A stretch of 64,000 bases of DNA from Candidatus Omnitrophica bacterium CG11_big_fil_rev_8_21_14_0_20_64_10 (GTDB lineage: Bacteria; Omnitrophota; Gorgyraeia; 1-14-0-20-64-10), in contig PCVW01000010.1 in NCBI GenBank assembly GCA_002787095.1, positions 7,774 through 71,773 of the forward strand. The letters run 5' to 3'. Shown piece by piece: positions 46,718 to 56,177 of this stretch. The notes beneath the pieces are model-generated. The model worked only from the letters and a program-made list of their open reading frames with translations, made no database searches and was not told the DNA's origin. Each line of letters begins with the position of its first letter. Within the stretch, counting starts at the first letter, position 1. The translations under genes and the position numbers were made by a program.

Positions 46718-47283
46718 GAAGCGGCCGGCGGGGCCGGAAAGGGATAGGTTTGACCGCAATCGGGACAGCGCCAGGCGCCCGGCTTCCCCTCCAGCCGCCG
46801 CCCGCAGCGGCAGACCCATCCGACCGATCGGCCCGGCGCGCCGATCACCAGCCCGTGCTCCGGGACATCCCGGGTCACGACCGCGCCGGCGCCGATCAGC
46901 GCGTAGGCCCCAATCGTGACGCCGCACAGGATGGTCGCGTTGGCGCCGATGGAGGCCCCCCGCCCGACCCGGGTGGCTTGAAATCCGTCCTTCCGCTCGA
47001 TAAAGCTGCGGGGGATCTCGATGTTGGTGAAAACGCAGGCCGGCCCGCAGAAGACCTCCTCCTCCAGGGTGACGCCGCGGTAGACCGACACATTGTTTTG
47101 AATCTTGGTCCGGTCGCCGATCCGGACCCCGTCGGCGACGAAAACATTCTGGCCCAGGATGCAGTCGGACCCGATCACCGCCCCCTGCATGACATGGGTG
47201 AAGTGCCAGATCCGGGTCCCCGCGCCGATCTGCGCGCCGGGATCCACAACCGCGGTCGGATGGACCTGTGCCGCTGCGCTCAT
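46714..47283 (-). CDS. WbpD/WlbB-like hexapeptide N-acetyltransferase
   Basis: IWHFTHV, LGQNVFV, KIQNNVSVY, VFTN..PRS, GASIGANATI, C-terminal CxC...CxxC. Confidence 0.88.
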   Translation of the reverse strand: MSAAAQVHPTAVVDPGAQIGAGTRIWHFTHVMQGAVIGSDCILGQNVFVADGVRIGDRTKIQNNVSVYRGVTLEEEVFCGPACVFTNIEIPRSFIERKDGFQATRVGRGASIGANATILCGVTIGAYALIGAGAVVTRDVPEHGLVIGAPGRSVGWVCRCGRRLEGKPGAWRCPDCGQTYPFPAPPAAS

Positions 47284-48314
47284 GCGGCGGCGATCGCCTC
47301 CTCCGCTCCCGCCCGGTCGAGGGAGCGCTGGGCCGCCTCCAGAACCCGGATCACCTGAAGCCCTTCCTGGCCGCCGCTTCGGGGCGTTTGCCCGCTCCGG
47401 ATGCAGCCGAGGAAATGAGCGCATTCGATCCGGAGCGGTTCAACCGCCGGCAGCCGGGGGGCCTGAATCTCTCCGAAACGGAGGGTCAGGGCGTCGACCG
47501 TCCCGGCGCCCGGAATCGGCTCGCTGACCCCCTTGTCGTAGATGCGCAGTTTTTCGGCCGGTTCCATGTCGTCGAAGACCGCCATCTTCCGCCGCCCGAC
47601 GAGGGTCAGCCGCCGGATCTTGTTCGGATCCAGCCAGCTCAGATGGAGTTGGGCCATTCGGCCGGACGCAAAGGAGAGCCAGACGAAGACCACATCGACG
47701 ACCCCGTCCCGCAGAAAGGAATGTCCGAAGGCCTGCACCCGGACCGGGGATTCTCCGAGCAGGTGGAGGGCCATCGAAACATCGTGTGGTCCGAAACACC
47801 AGAGGGCGTTCTCATCGGTTCGAATCGTCCCCAGGTTGACCCGCTGCGAGTAGAGATACAGGATCTCCCCCAGTTCTCCGGCCCGGACGAGGGTCCGGAG
47901 CCGTTCGATCGCCGGGTGGTAAAGCATCAAATGGCCGACCATCAGGAGCCGGCCGGTCCGCTCGGCCAATTCGACCGTCGCTTCGGCGTCGGACAGATTC
48001 AGCGCCAACGGTTTTTCGACGAAGACCGCCTTGCCCCGGTTCAGCGCCGCCTGCGCCAGCGAAGCGTGCGCGCCGGCGTGGGAAGCGATCACGATCCCTT
48101 CGATGGTCCGGTCGTCCAGCAGGGTCTCCGCCTCGCCGGTCAGCCGCAGTTGGGGGGCCCGCCTCCGAAAAGGGGTCAGCCGCTCGGGCCGTTGATCGCA
48201 GAGGGCGACCACCTCGGCCCCTTCTATCTCCAGGAGGGTTCGGGCAATGTTGCTTCCCCAGGGGCCCAGCCCCACGCAGCCGATCCGGACGGTCCGGGCC
48301 GATTCAGGCGGCAT
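47280..48314 (-). CDS. Gfo/Idh/MocA-family oxidoreductase (possibly WbpB-like sugar 3-dehydrogenase)
   Basis: GLGPWG, VEKPL, VGH, PHD, SWLDPNKIR. Confidence 0.85.
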   Translation of the reverse strand: MPPESARTVRIGCVGLGPWGSNIARTLLEIEGAEVVALCDQRPERLTPFRRRAPQLRLTGEAETLLDDRTIEGIVIASHAGAHASLAQAALNRGKAVFVEKPLALNLSDAEATVELAERTGRLLMVGHLMLYHPAIERLRTLVRAGELGEILYLYSQRVNLGTIRTDENALWCFGPHDVSMALHLLGESPVRVQAFGHSFLRDGVVDVVFVWLSFASGRMAQLHLSWLDPNKIRRLTLVGRRKMAVFDDMEPAEKLRIYDKGVSEPIPGAGTVDALTLRFGEIQAPRLPAVEPLRIECAHFLGCIRSGQTPRSGGQEGLQVIRVLEAAQRSLDRAGAEEAIAAA

Positions 48315-49200
48315 CGCGGCCCTGCTCCCATTCGAACAGCGCGGTCAGGCCGGCCTCCAGATTCCGAAATGGGGGCACGCTGGCTTGGCGGAGTTTCCGG
48401 CAATCCATCCGGACCTGAAGGGGCCGGGCGGCCCGCTGCTTAAGTTCAACGGTCTTCAACGGTTTCAGCAAGTTGAGGTCCAAGTTAAAGCGGCGACAGA
48501 CCTGTTCCGAGAGGGTTCTCCGATCGACGAAATCGGGTCCCGCCGCGTGAAAGATTCCCGTATCCCCTTGTTGGAGTAAGAATTGCGTTGCTTTTGCGAC
48601 ATCCTCAGTATAGGTGGGGGTCCCCCATTGGTCAATGGGGATCGAGGCCGGCTCCCCCGCCCGCAGCCGATCCACCAGCCGAAGGATGAAGTTTTTTCGG
48701 ACCGGGTCCGGTCCGAACAGCCAGGCGGTCCGGAGGATCAGATGCCGGTCCGGCAGGAGCGTTCGGATCGCGGCCTCCCCATCCGCTTTGGAGCGGGCAT
48801 ACTGATTGAGCGGAATGATCGGATCGGTTTCCCGATAGGGTTCCCCCTTCCGGCCGTTAAAGAGGTAGTCGGTTGAAAAATAAACCAAACGCTTCAGCCG
48901 GTCCCGGCCGGCTTCGGCAATGCGCCGGGGGGTGCCGGCGTTGATCTGATGACAAACAGTCGGCTCCGATTCGGCGCCGTCCACATTGCAATAGGCCCCC
49001 GCGATCAGGATCTGATCGGGACGCAGCATTTTGACGGCCCGAACGGCTCCCTCCGGGTCCCGCAGGTCGATGGGGTGCTGACCCGGCGCCCGGTGATGGC
49101 AGGCCGATTCCAGGACCTCCTCTCCGGCCGCCCGCAGCAGCCGGACCAGTTGCCGGCCCAATTGGCCGGAGGCGCCGATGACCAGCGAACGCCCCGGCAT
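48304..49200 (-). CDS. RmlD-like NDP-4-keto-6-deoxyhexose reductase
   Basis: GASGQLG, NVDGAE, STDYLF, YARSK, RTAWLFG, DQWGTPT. Confidence 0.88.
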   Translation of the reverse strand: MPGRSLVIGASGQLGRQLVRLLRAAGEEVLESACHHRAPGQHPIDLRDPEGAVRAVKMLRPDQILIAGAYCNVDGAESEPTVCHQINAGTPRRIAEAGRDRLKRLVYFSTDYLFNGRKGEPYRETDPIIPLNQYARSKADGEAAIRTLLPDRHLILRTAWLFGPDPVRKNFILRLVDRLRAGEPASIPIDQWGTPTYTEDVAKATQFLLQQGDTGIFHAAGPDFVDRRTLSEQVCRRFNLDLNLLKPLKTVELKQRAARPLQVRMDCRKLRQASVPPFRNLEAGLTALFEWEQGRDAA

Positions 49201-50438
49201 CAGATCACCCGGGGAGCGGGAATCGGGATCAGGAACCGGCCTCCTCCGGCCCGGAAGGATTCCATCTGCCGAACGATCTCCTCCTGAAAGTTCCAGGCCA
49301 GAATCACCAGATGGGTGATGCCGTTCGGATTCCAGCCTTCGGGAGAGCGGACCGGCAGATGGGTTCCGGGGGTCCATAGTCCCTGCTTGTGGGGCGAGCG
49401 GTCCAGCACACAGACCAGCCGGGCGGCCGCTTCGGGGCAGAAATTGAGGAGGGTGTTCGCCTTGGCTGCCGCCCCGTAGCCGGCCAGCCGCCCGCCCGAC
49501 TCGGCGATCCTCTGAACCAGCGATTCAAACCTTCCCTTCCAGCGCCGGACGCGGCCCGCGAAACGATTGAAGGCGGCCGGATCGGTCAGTTTGAGTTTCC
49601 TTTCCGCCGCCAGCAGGGTCTTGAGATTCGAAGTGGGACGGCCGCTCCCTTTGCGCTGCAGGGTCATCAGGATCGACCCGCCGTGCAGCGCCACCGGCTC
49701 CGCCTCGATCAATTGGAAGCCGGTCATCTCGGCCAACCGGGCGATCGGCGCCAGGGCGATATAGGAGAGGTGCTCATGGTAGATCGTGTCGAATTCGTCC
49801 GCTTCCAGCAAGTTCTTCAGGTACGGCACCTCGATCAGGAGGACCCCATCCGGGGTCAGAAAATGGTCGGCGGCGGCCATGAAATCGTGCCAGTCGTCGA
49901 TGTGGGCAAAAACATGGCGTCCCAGCAGGACCCGGGCCTGCTTCCCTTTTTCCTTCCCGGAGAGGATCTTCCGGACCGTTTTGGCGCAGAAGAATTCCGA
50001 GACCGTCGGAACGCCTCGGGCCTGCGCGATCCGGGCCAGGTTCCGGGCCGGCTCGATCCCCAGCACCTGGGTCCCGAGCCCCTGAAAGGCCTTCAGGATC
50101 AGGCCGTCGTTGCTCCCCAATTCGGCGACCCGGTCCTCCGGGCCCAACCGATAGCGGGCGCAGATGCGGGCCGCCAGCGTGCTGGCGTAGACCCGGACCG
50201 CGTCGGAGGTGGAGGAGACATACAGGTAATTGCGGTACAGCTGCTCCGGAGGAACTGTTTCGGTCAGCTGGACCAGTCCGCAATCGGGACAGCCGGCAAC
50301 CGCCAGCGGGAAACGGGGCTCCTTCTTGAAATCGGATCGGTTCTTGAGAAAGGCATTGGCCAACGACATCGGTCCCAGATCCAGGAACGGTTCGGGGAGT
50401 TGGGTTTGGCAGATGCGGCAACGGGTATGGGCAGACAC
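49200..50438 (-). CDS. NDP-sugar C3-methyltransferase, second paralog
   Basis: CRIC..CPDC, ELGSNDG, HVFAH, FDTIYHEHLSY, HGGS, GAAAKANT, LAWNF. Confidence 0.92.
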   Translation of the reverse strand: MSAHTRCRICQTQLPEPFLDLGPMSLANAFLKNRSDFKKEPRFPLAVAGCPDCGLVQLTETVPPEQLYRNYLYVSSTSDAVRVYASTLAARICARYRLGPEDRVAELGSNDGLILKAFQGLGTQVLGIEPARNLARIAQARGVPTVSEFFCAKTVRKILSGKEKGKQARVLLGRHVFAHIDDWHDFMAAADHFLTPDGVLLIEVPYLKNLLEADEFDTIYHEHLSYIALAPIARLAEMTGFQLIEAEPVALHGGSILMTLQRKGSGRPTSNLKTLLAAERKLKLTDPAAFNRFAGRVRRWKGRFESLVQRIAESGGRLAGYGAAAKANTLLNFCPEAAARLVCVLDRSPHKQGLWTPGTHLPVRSPEGWNPNGITHLVILAWNFQEEIVRQMESFRAGGGRFLIPIPAPRVI

Positions 50439-50446
50439 GGATCGGC

Positions 50447-50896
50447 TCAGCGGTGCTGGATCCGCCAGTCGTACGGGATTGCGCCGCTCGCCGGATCGAG
50501 GCGCTCGATCTCATCCGGATCATGGGGAATCGTCGCGCAGTTGGCCACGATCGCCGGGGTCGTTCCCATCCCCTTGAAGCCGTTCCAGATGAAGGGGGGG
50601 ACCTGCACCAGCTGGTATTGGGACTCCCCGAGGAAGACCTCCTGGATCTCCCCGCGGCTCCTGGAGTCGGGCCGGTCGTCGTACAGCGCCAGCTTGATCA
50701 TCCCGACCGGCACCGCGTAGTTGATCGTCATCCGGGAATGTTTGTGCCATCCCTTGACGACCCCGGGATAGACGGAGGAGAAATAAATTTCCCCGAATTT
50801 CTCAAAATGGGGATCGGTCGCCTTCAGCATGTGCATGACCCGGCCCCGTTCGTCCGGGATCACCTTGAGCGGGATGATCCGCACCCCCTCGATCAT
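50447..50896 (-). CDS. RmlC-like NDP-4-keto sugar 3,5-epimerase (cupin)
   Basis: [25 protein letters not shown]; start MIEGV in ATGA overlap. Confidence 0.85.
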   Translation of the reverse strand: MIEGVRIIPLKVIPDERGRVMHMLKATDPHFEKFGEIYFSSVYPGVVKGWHKHSRMTINYAVPVGMIKLALYDDRPDSRSRGEIQEVFLGESQYQLVQVPPFIWNGFKGMGTTPAIVANCATIPHDPDEIERLDPASGAIPYDWRIQHR

Positions 50897-51930
50897 CGGG
50901 TCTCCCGGGCCTCGCTGGCCGATTCCTCGGCGGCGAAGAAGCGTTCGTACCAGGTGATCGTGCGGCGCATCCCCTGCTCCAGCGAGAAGAGCGGTTCCCA
51001 ACCGAGCCGCTTCCGGGCTTTTTCGGCGTCCAAATACTGATGGGGAATCTCGTGCGTCGCCTCGTTGCGGATGTCGAGGGAGAGGTCGCGGCGGTCCATC
51101 CATCGAGCGATTTGCTCCGCGATTTCCAGGACCGACAGCGGCTGCTCGTTGCTGAAGTTGAAGGCCTCCCCCGCCAGCGCGCGGTCCTGAATCAGATGCT
51201 GGGCGAGCGTCAGGTACGCGGCCGCCCCGTCTTCAACGTAAAAATAGTCCCGGGTCATCGTGCCGTCCGATCGGATCACCGGACGCTCCCCGCGGATCAG
51301 GGAGCGGATCGTTCCGGGAACGATCCGGTTCCAGTTCAGGTCTCCGCCCCCGTAAAGGTTGCCGCAGCGGGCGATCGCGACCGGCAGCTTCCAGGTGGCC
51401 GCGTAGCTTTGCGCGATCAGGTCGGCGCAGGACTTGCTGACATCGTAGGGATGCCGGCCGGCCATCGGAGCGTCTTCCCGGTAAGGCAGTCCGCTCTGTT
51501 CCCCGTAGGCTTTGTCGGAAGAAGCCAGGACGATCCCTTCGATCCGGGGGGAGCGCCGGGCCGCTTCCAGCAGGGACCAGGAGCCCCGAATGTTGCTCTC
51601 GAAGGTGGAGACGGGGTTCCGGTTGGCGATCGGGACGATGGTTTGGGCCGCCAGATGAAAGACCGCGCTGACCTCGTACTCCCCCAGGACCCGCTCCATC
51701 AAGGGTTGGTCCTGGAGCTGCCCGCGGACCACCCGAACCCGGTCCAGAAGCCCCTCCCGAACCAGCGGGCTTTGCGGCACCCAATCCCGGATCAGCGCCA
51801 CGACATCGGCGCCGGCTTCCAGCAGGCGCCGGACCAGCCACCCCCCCTGCAGGCCGGCCCCGCCGGTCACGAGGACCGAACGGTCCCGCCAGAAGGTTTT
51901 GGAAGAAGGGGTCGGGGCGGCCGGCGGCAT
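50893..51930 (-). CDS. rfbG: CDP-glucose 4,6-dehydratase-like SDR
   Basis: [39 protein letters not shown]; close to rfbF. Confidence 0.78.
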   Translation of the reverse strand: MPPAAPTPSSKTFWRDRSVLVTGGAGLQGGWLVRRLLEAGADVVALIRDWVPQSPLVREGLLDRVRVVRGQLQDQPLMERVLGEYEVSAVFHLAAQTIVPIANRNPVSTFESNIRGSWSLLEAARRSPRIEGIVLASSDKAYGEQSGLPYREDAPMAGRHPYDVSKSCADLIAQSYAATWKLPVAIARCGNLYGGGDLNWNRIVPGTIRSLIRGERPVIRSDGTMTRDYFYVEDGAAAYLTLAQHLIQDRALAGEAFNFSNEQPLSVLEIAEQIARWMDRRDLSLDIRNEATHEIPHQYLDAEKARKRLGWEPLFSLEQGMRRTITWYERFFAAEESASEARETR

Positions 51931-51933
51931 CGT

Positions 51934-52767
51934 TCAATCCGGAAAGTGGCTCAGCCCGATCGGCTTGAAGGCGACACAGAACAGTTCCTCTGAAAGATAG
52001 TTTCGGATTCCCCACGCCTCGGTGGAGAGGAACTCCATCAACGCGCCGTCGCCGAAGCGGCGCAGCGGCGCGTAATAAAAGCGGTAGTTGAGAAAGCCGG
52101 CCGACAGCAGCGTTCGGGTGAGGCGCCGTTTCGTCGTCAGCCCGATGTGCTGGGGATCGTCCGAACCGGGCCCCTGGGAGATGCAGTAGCGCATCGGGTT
52201 CTGAAAACGCAGGAGCCCCCGCAGCCGTTTGAACCCAAGGGCCAGCTCGAGATACGCGAGGTTCGGCGTCTTGATCACCAGCGGCGCGCCGGGCTTGAGG
52301 ACCCGCAGCGCCTCCTGAAAGGCGGGAAGCTTCTCGGCGTCGGTGATGTGTTCCAGGAAATCGCCGGAGATGGCCGCGTCGAAATGGTTGTCCGGGAAGT
52401 CCAGTTTCCGGACATCGGCGCAGCGGGCCTCCCCGGTGATCCCGAACCGCCTGAGGTTCCCGTTGGCCTTCTCGACCTGCTTGGGATCCAGGTCGGCCCC
52501 GTAAACGGCCGCTCCCTGGAGGCCGCAATAGATCATCATCGCGCCGTCGGCGCAGCCCATGTCGAAGATCTGCTGTCCCGGCCGGGGATTCAGCAGATGG
52601 AGGGCGAAATCCTTGAGCCGGAGGAAATCCAGGTTCTTGCGGCACTTCCCGTGCTTGTGGTCGGCCCCCCGAACATCGGTGTCGTTGAGATAGAAGTAGC
52701 CCTTCAGCCAGCCGTCTTCCGGATAGCGGTCCCGGGGGGGCGGAGGGTTCAGCAGGGTACCCGGCAT
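51934..52767 (-). CDS. Class I SAM-dependent methyltransferase
   Basis: FDMGCADG, FPDNHFD, DFLEHI, RVLKPG, TPN. Confidence 0.87.
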   Translation of the reverse strand: MPGTLLNPPPPRDRYPEDGWLKGYFYLNDTDVRGADHKHGKCRKNLDFLRLKDFALHLLNPRPGQQIFDMGCADGAMMIYCGLQGAAVYGADLDPKQVEKANGNLRRFGITGEARCADVRKLDFPDNHFDAAISGDFLEHITDAEKLPAFQEALRVLKPGAPLVIKTPNLAYLELALGFKRLRGLLRFQNPMRYCISQGPGSDDPQHIGLTTKRRLTRTLLSAGFLNYRFYYAPLRRFGDGALMEFLSTEAWGIRNYLSEELFCVAFKPIGLSHFPD

Positions 52768-52768
52768 C

Positions 52769-53563
52769 TCAGCGCCACCGTTTCCAGGGAGCCCGCCCCG
52801 AGTCCCACAGATCGTTCAGCAGCTTGTATTCCCGGTAGGTGTCCATCGGCTGCCAGAAGCCGGTATGGGGATAAACCATCAGCTCTCCGTCCTGGGCCAG
52901 CCGCTGCAGCGGCTCCCGCTCCAGGACCAGGTCGGCGTCCGGCCGGATGTAGTCGGTCAGGAAGCGGCGGTTGAAAACGAAGAATCCGCCGTTGATCATT
53001 CCCTGCGTGGTCTGGGGTTTCTCATTGAATTGAACGACCCGTCCGTCGGCGCTCATCTCCATCTCGCCGAACCGGCCGGGCGGCCGGACCCCCGTGACGG
53101 TCGCGGTCTTGCCGTGCCGGCGGTGGAACGCCAGCAGGGCGGCCAGGTCGATGTCCCCCAGGCCGTCCCCGTAGGTCAGGCAGAAGGTCTCCTCTTGGAG
53201 ATACGACCCTCCCCGTCCCACCCGGCCTCCGGTCTGGGTGTTCAGGCCGGTCTCAACGAGGGTGACCTCCCAATTCTCCTCCGGGGGATTGCCGTGGTAA
53301 ACCGGCGGTTTCCCGTCCCCGAGGGTCAGCGTCATGTCTGACTGATGGGACCGGTAATTCAGAAAGAACTCCCGAATCACCTGCCCCTTGTACCCCAGGC
53401 AGAGGACGAACCGGGTCCATCCGAAGCTGGCGTACAGCTTCATGATGTGCCAGAGAATCGGCCGTCCTCCGATCTCCAGCATCGGTTTGGGCCGGAACTC
53501 CGTCTCTTCGTGCAGGCGGCTGCCGAGCCCCCCGCAAAGAATCATAACAGCTGGTTTGGACAT
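52769..53563 (-). CDS. rfbF: Glucose-1-phosphate cytidylyltransferase
   Basis: LCGGLGSRL.EET..PKPM, LWHIMK, GYKG, TGGR, TYGDG, INGGFF, GFWQPMDT. Confidence 0.93.
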   Translation of the reverse strand: MSKPAVMILCGGLGSRLHEETEFRPKPMLEIGGRPILWHIMKLYASFGWTRFVLCLGYKGQVIREFFLNYRSHQSDMTLTLGDGKPPVYHGNPPEENWEVTLVETGLNTQTGGRVGRGGSYLQEETFCLTYGDGLGDIDLAALLAFHRRHGKTATVTGVRPPGRFGEMEMSADGRVVQFNEKPQTTQGMINGGFFVFNRRFLTDYIRPDADLVLEREPLQRLAQDGELMVYPHTGFWQPMDTYREYKLLNDLWDSGRAPWKRWR

Positions 53564-54750
53564 GATTTGGCGCTTTCGATGAGCTGCCGGTAGACAGACT
53601 GGTATTTTCTCACACCTTGCCCCAAATCGAAACAGGACTCTGCGGCCCGCCGGCAGCGGGCCCAGAGCGTTTCCCCTTCCGCCAGCAGGGCCAGCAGCTC
53701 TCGGGCGGCCCGGTTCAGAGCGGCCTCCGAGCAGTCGGAGAGGACCACCCCCACCCGCCCTTCCCCGATCAGGCGGTCGCAGTCGCCGATCCCGGCGGTC
53801 ACCACGACCGGCAGGCCGCAGGCGAGGGATTCCCCGATTTTGGTGGGGCAGGAAGCCGTTTTGGAGGAGACCGGCCGAATCAGGCAGAGGGAGGCGTCCG
53901 CGCCGGCCAGCGCGCCGGCCACCTGATCGTGCGAGAGGATCCGCACCGTCACCGCGCTTGAGTCCAGACCGGCGATCGCCGTTTCGATCTGCGGGTCCGG
54001 ACGGGGAGAGAGGATCTCCCATCGGGTGTCCGGCCGAAGTCGTCGGACCGCCCGAAAGAAATCGGCCATTTCCGGCAGCAGGTAGGCTCCCCCCGCCGAT
54101 CCGGCATAGACCAGCCGCAGGGGCCCGCCGGCCCGTTTTTGAGCGGGCCTAAAACGCTCCAGGTCGGCGCAGGTCGGAATCACGGTGATTGGCCGGCGGA
54201 TCCCTTCGGTTTGAAACCGCTGCTCCAGGATCTCCCGGCTGCGATCGGTGAGGGTCACGATGTGATCGGCCGCTTCGAAAAAGCGCCGTTCCAGCCGCTT
54301 CGTGATCCGATAGAGCCAGCCGCCGGCTTTCCAGAATCCCCCCTCCACCTTCTCGTCGGGCCAGAAGCCTCGGATGTCGAACAGGAACTTCGACTCAAAC
54401 GGCCGCTTGAGCCAAAGGGCCAAGAGGGCGGCCACATAACTGCGGGCATGCAGAACTTCCGGCGGCCGGTTCCGGCAAGCCCGCCGGACCGTCCACCAGC
54501 CGGCCGCCAGATCCCAGACCGTCGACCCGATCGGGGGCCGCCGATGGTACCGAAGCCGAATCCAGCGGATTCCGGCCTCCCGCAAACGGCGCTCCAAGGA
54601 TTCCGCCTCCGGTTCCCTGCCCGGTTTCTCGAAGCTCACAACGGTCCATCTCCGATCAGGGCCGGTCAGGCGGAACAGATAGGGGAGAATCTGCGACTGG
54701 CCCAACGGATCCAGCAATCCGTCGTAAGAGAGATAAAGCAACCGGGTCAT
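53542..54750 (-). CDS. GT4-like glycosyltransferase
   Basis: YLSYDGLLDPLGQSQ, HARSY, FDIRGFW, PTKIGESLACGLPVV. Confidence 0.88.
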   Translation of the reverse strand: MTRLLYLSYDGLLDPLGQSQILPYLFRLTGPDRRWTVVSFEKPGREPEAESLERRLREAGIRWIRLRYHRRPPIGSTVWDLAAGWWTVRRACRNRPPEVLHARSYVAALLALWLKRPFESKFLFDIRGFWPDEKVEGGFWKAGGWLYRITKRLERRFFEAADHIVTLTDRSREILEQRFQTEGIRRPITVIPTCADLERFRPAQKRAGGPLRLVYAGSAGGAYLLPEMADFFRAVRRLRPDTRWEILSPRPDPQIETAIAGLDSSAVTVRILSHDQVAGALAGADASLCLIRPVSSKTASCPTKIGESLACGLPVVVTAGIGDCDRLIGEGRVGVVLSDCSEAALNRAARELLALLAEGETLWARCRRAAESCFDLGQGVRKYQSVYRQLIESAKSCPNQLL

Positions 54751-56177
54751 CCGTTCAGCGATCGATGGGGAGCCGGCACTGTCGCCGCAGCGGCCGCCGG
54801 GTCTCTCGGAAGCCCGATCATCACCAAAAAGAAGAGCAAGGGCCAGAGAGCGGAACGGTGGCGGAAGAGGGTCCCGACGTTCCCCTCCAGCAAAGCGATC
54901 ATCGTCAGGAAGACGGCGGAGGTGATCGGAATCAAAATCAGTCGGGGGGGGCCATTGCAGCTGCGCCAGAATCCCCGAAAGAGGAAAAAAAGCATCGGGT
55001 ACCAGAGAAGCATCTCCAGCGATCCGGCCAGCTCCCTGGCGGAACGGGCCAGCCACGGGGCCGGCAGGATCAGGGCGGACAGGAGCCCCATCGGAAGGAA
55101 GCCGAGCACCTTTCGCCAACTGTCGATGCGGTATGCCTCGAGGAACGGGGTCTCCGCCTCCATCATCCGGACCCGCCGCAGGTATTCGATCCGTTCGGCA
55201 AGCTGGTCCGGATTCACCGCCAACTCGGCCGCCGGCCGGCCAAACAGCCAGCGGTCCAGCTGCCGGCCGACGCCCGCAGCAACCGATTGAACAGGTCCGT
55301 TCGACCAAAGAAGAAGGGCCGAGAGGCACAAGACACCGGATATCGCCAAGGCCGTCCGGCTTTTCAGCAGCAGCCGCAAGAAAAGATAGCAGCCGAAGGA
55401 GAAAAGCAGCAGAGGGCCGATGAACATGTTGAATTGCTGCAGCAGCCCCATGAACAGCGCGCCGAGCGGCCAGCCCCACCATCGGTTCCTCCCACGGGCC
55501 AGGAGAAAACAGCAGATTCCGGCCAGCACCAGAAAAAGGGAGACCGGTTCCTTGAGGTTCTGCGTCGACCAAAGAAAGAGAGAGGGCCAAAAGGCGGTCA
55601 GGAGGGCCGTCCATCGGGCCTGCCGCTCCGGAAGGAATCGCCGGGCGAGCCAGTAGCTCAAGAGGGCCGACCAGGCGCCGAACAGACAGTTGACAAAGAA
55701 AAGATTCAGCGGATGGTATCCCCCCAGGTAGGTCAGCCAGCCGTTCCACCAGTCGAAGGAGGTCGCCGCCTTCGACATGCTGAAATCCCGCAGCATGGCG
55801 GCGTCCGGAAAGATTCCCCGCCGCCAGTTCTCCGCCAGCCAGTAGCCGTTGTGGGCGTAGACATAACCGTCTCCGACCAGGAAACCGCCGTTTTGAAATT
55901 CGCCGGCCGGACCGGAAATCCAATGGCGGGAACCGGTGCAGTAGAAAAGAAGGGAGGCGAGGACCCGAAGCCCCAGGGCGGCGCCGAAGAGCTTCGGAGA
56001 CCAGGCATCGGAATCGACCCGGCGAATGAGGCCGAAGGAAATCACCGCCAGCGTCGCCAGCCCGATCCAGCCGATCCGGAGGGCCGGCGCGCTGATCCCG
56101 ATCAGCAGAATCAGGAGCAGAAGGGCCGGGATCGCCCGCCGGGCGGCCGGCGGAAGGCTAACCTTTGTCGGGTTCAA
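54747..56177 (-). CDS. Polytopic membrane protein, putative GT-C polymerase or transferase
   Basis: GDG..Y loop, WPS..LWS...LKE, P.PW, GNVGTLFRHR; about 11 TM segments; TTG start. Confidence 0.65.
   Translation of the reverse strand: MNPTKVSLPPAARRAIPALLLLILLIGISAPALRIGWIGLATLAVISFGLIRRVDSDAWSPKLFGAALGLRVLASLLFYCTGSRHWISGPAGEFQNGGFLVGDGYVYAHNGYWLAENWRRGIFPDAAMLRDFSMSKAATSFDWWNGWLTYLGGYHPLNLFFVNCLFGAWSALLSYWLARRFLPERQARWTALLTAFWPSLFLWSTQNLKEPVSLFLVLAGICCFLLARGRNRWWGWPLGALFMGLLQQFNMFIGPLLLFSFGCYLFLRLLLKSRTALAISGVLCLSALLLWSNGPVQSVAAGVGRQLDRWLFGRPAAELAVNPDQLAERIEYLRRVRMMEAETPFLEAYRIDSWRKVLGFLPMGLLSALILPAPWLARSARELAGSLEMLLWYPMLFFLFRGFWRSCNGPPRLILIPITSAVFLTMIALLEGNVGTLFRHRSALWPLLFFLVMIGLPRDPAAAAATVPAPHRSLNG

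Noticed and set aside
46714-46830. C-terminal zinc-ribbon-like Cys motif on the acetyltransferase
   Set aside because: Common in WbpD/WlbB-type proteins; not novel
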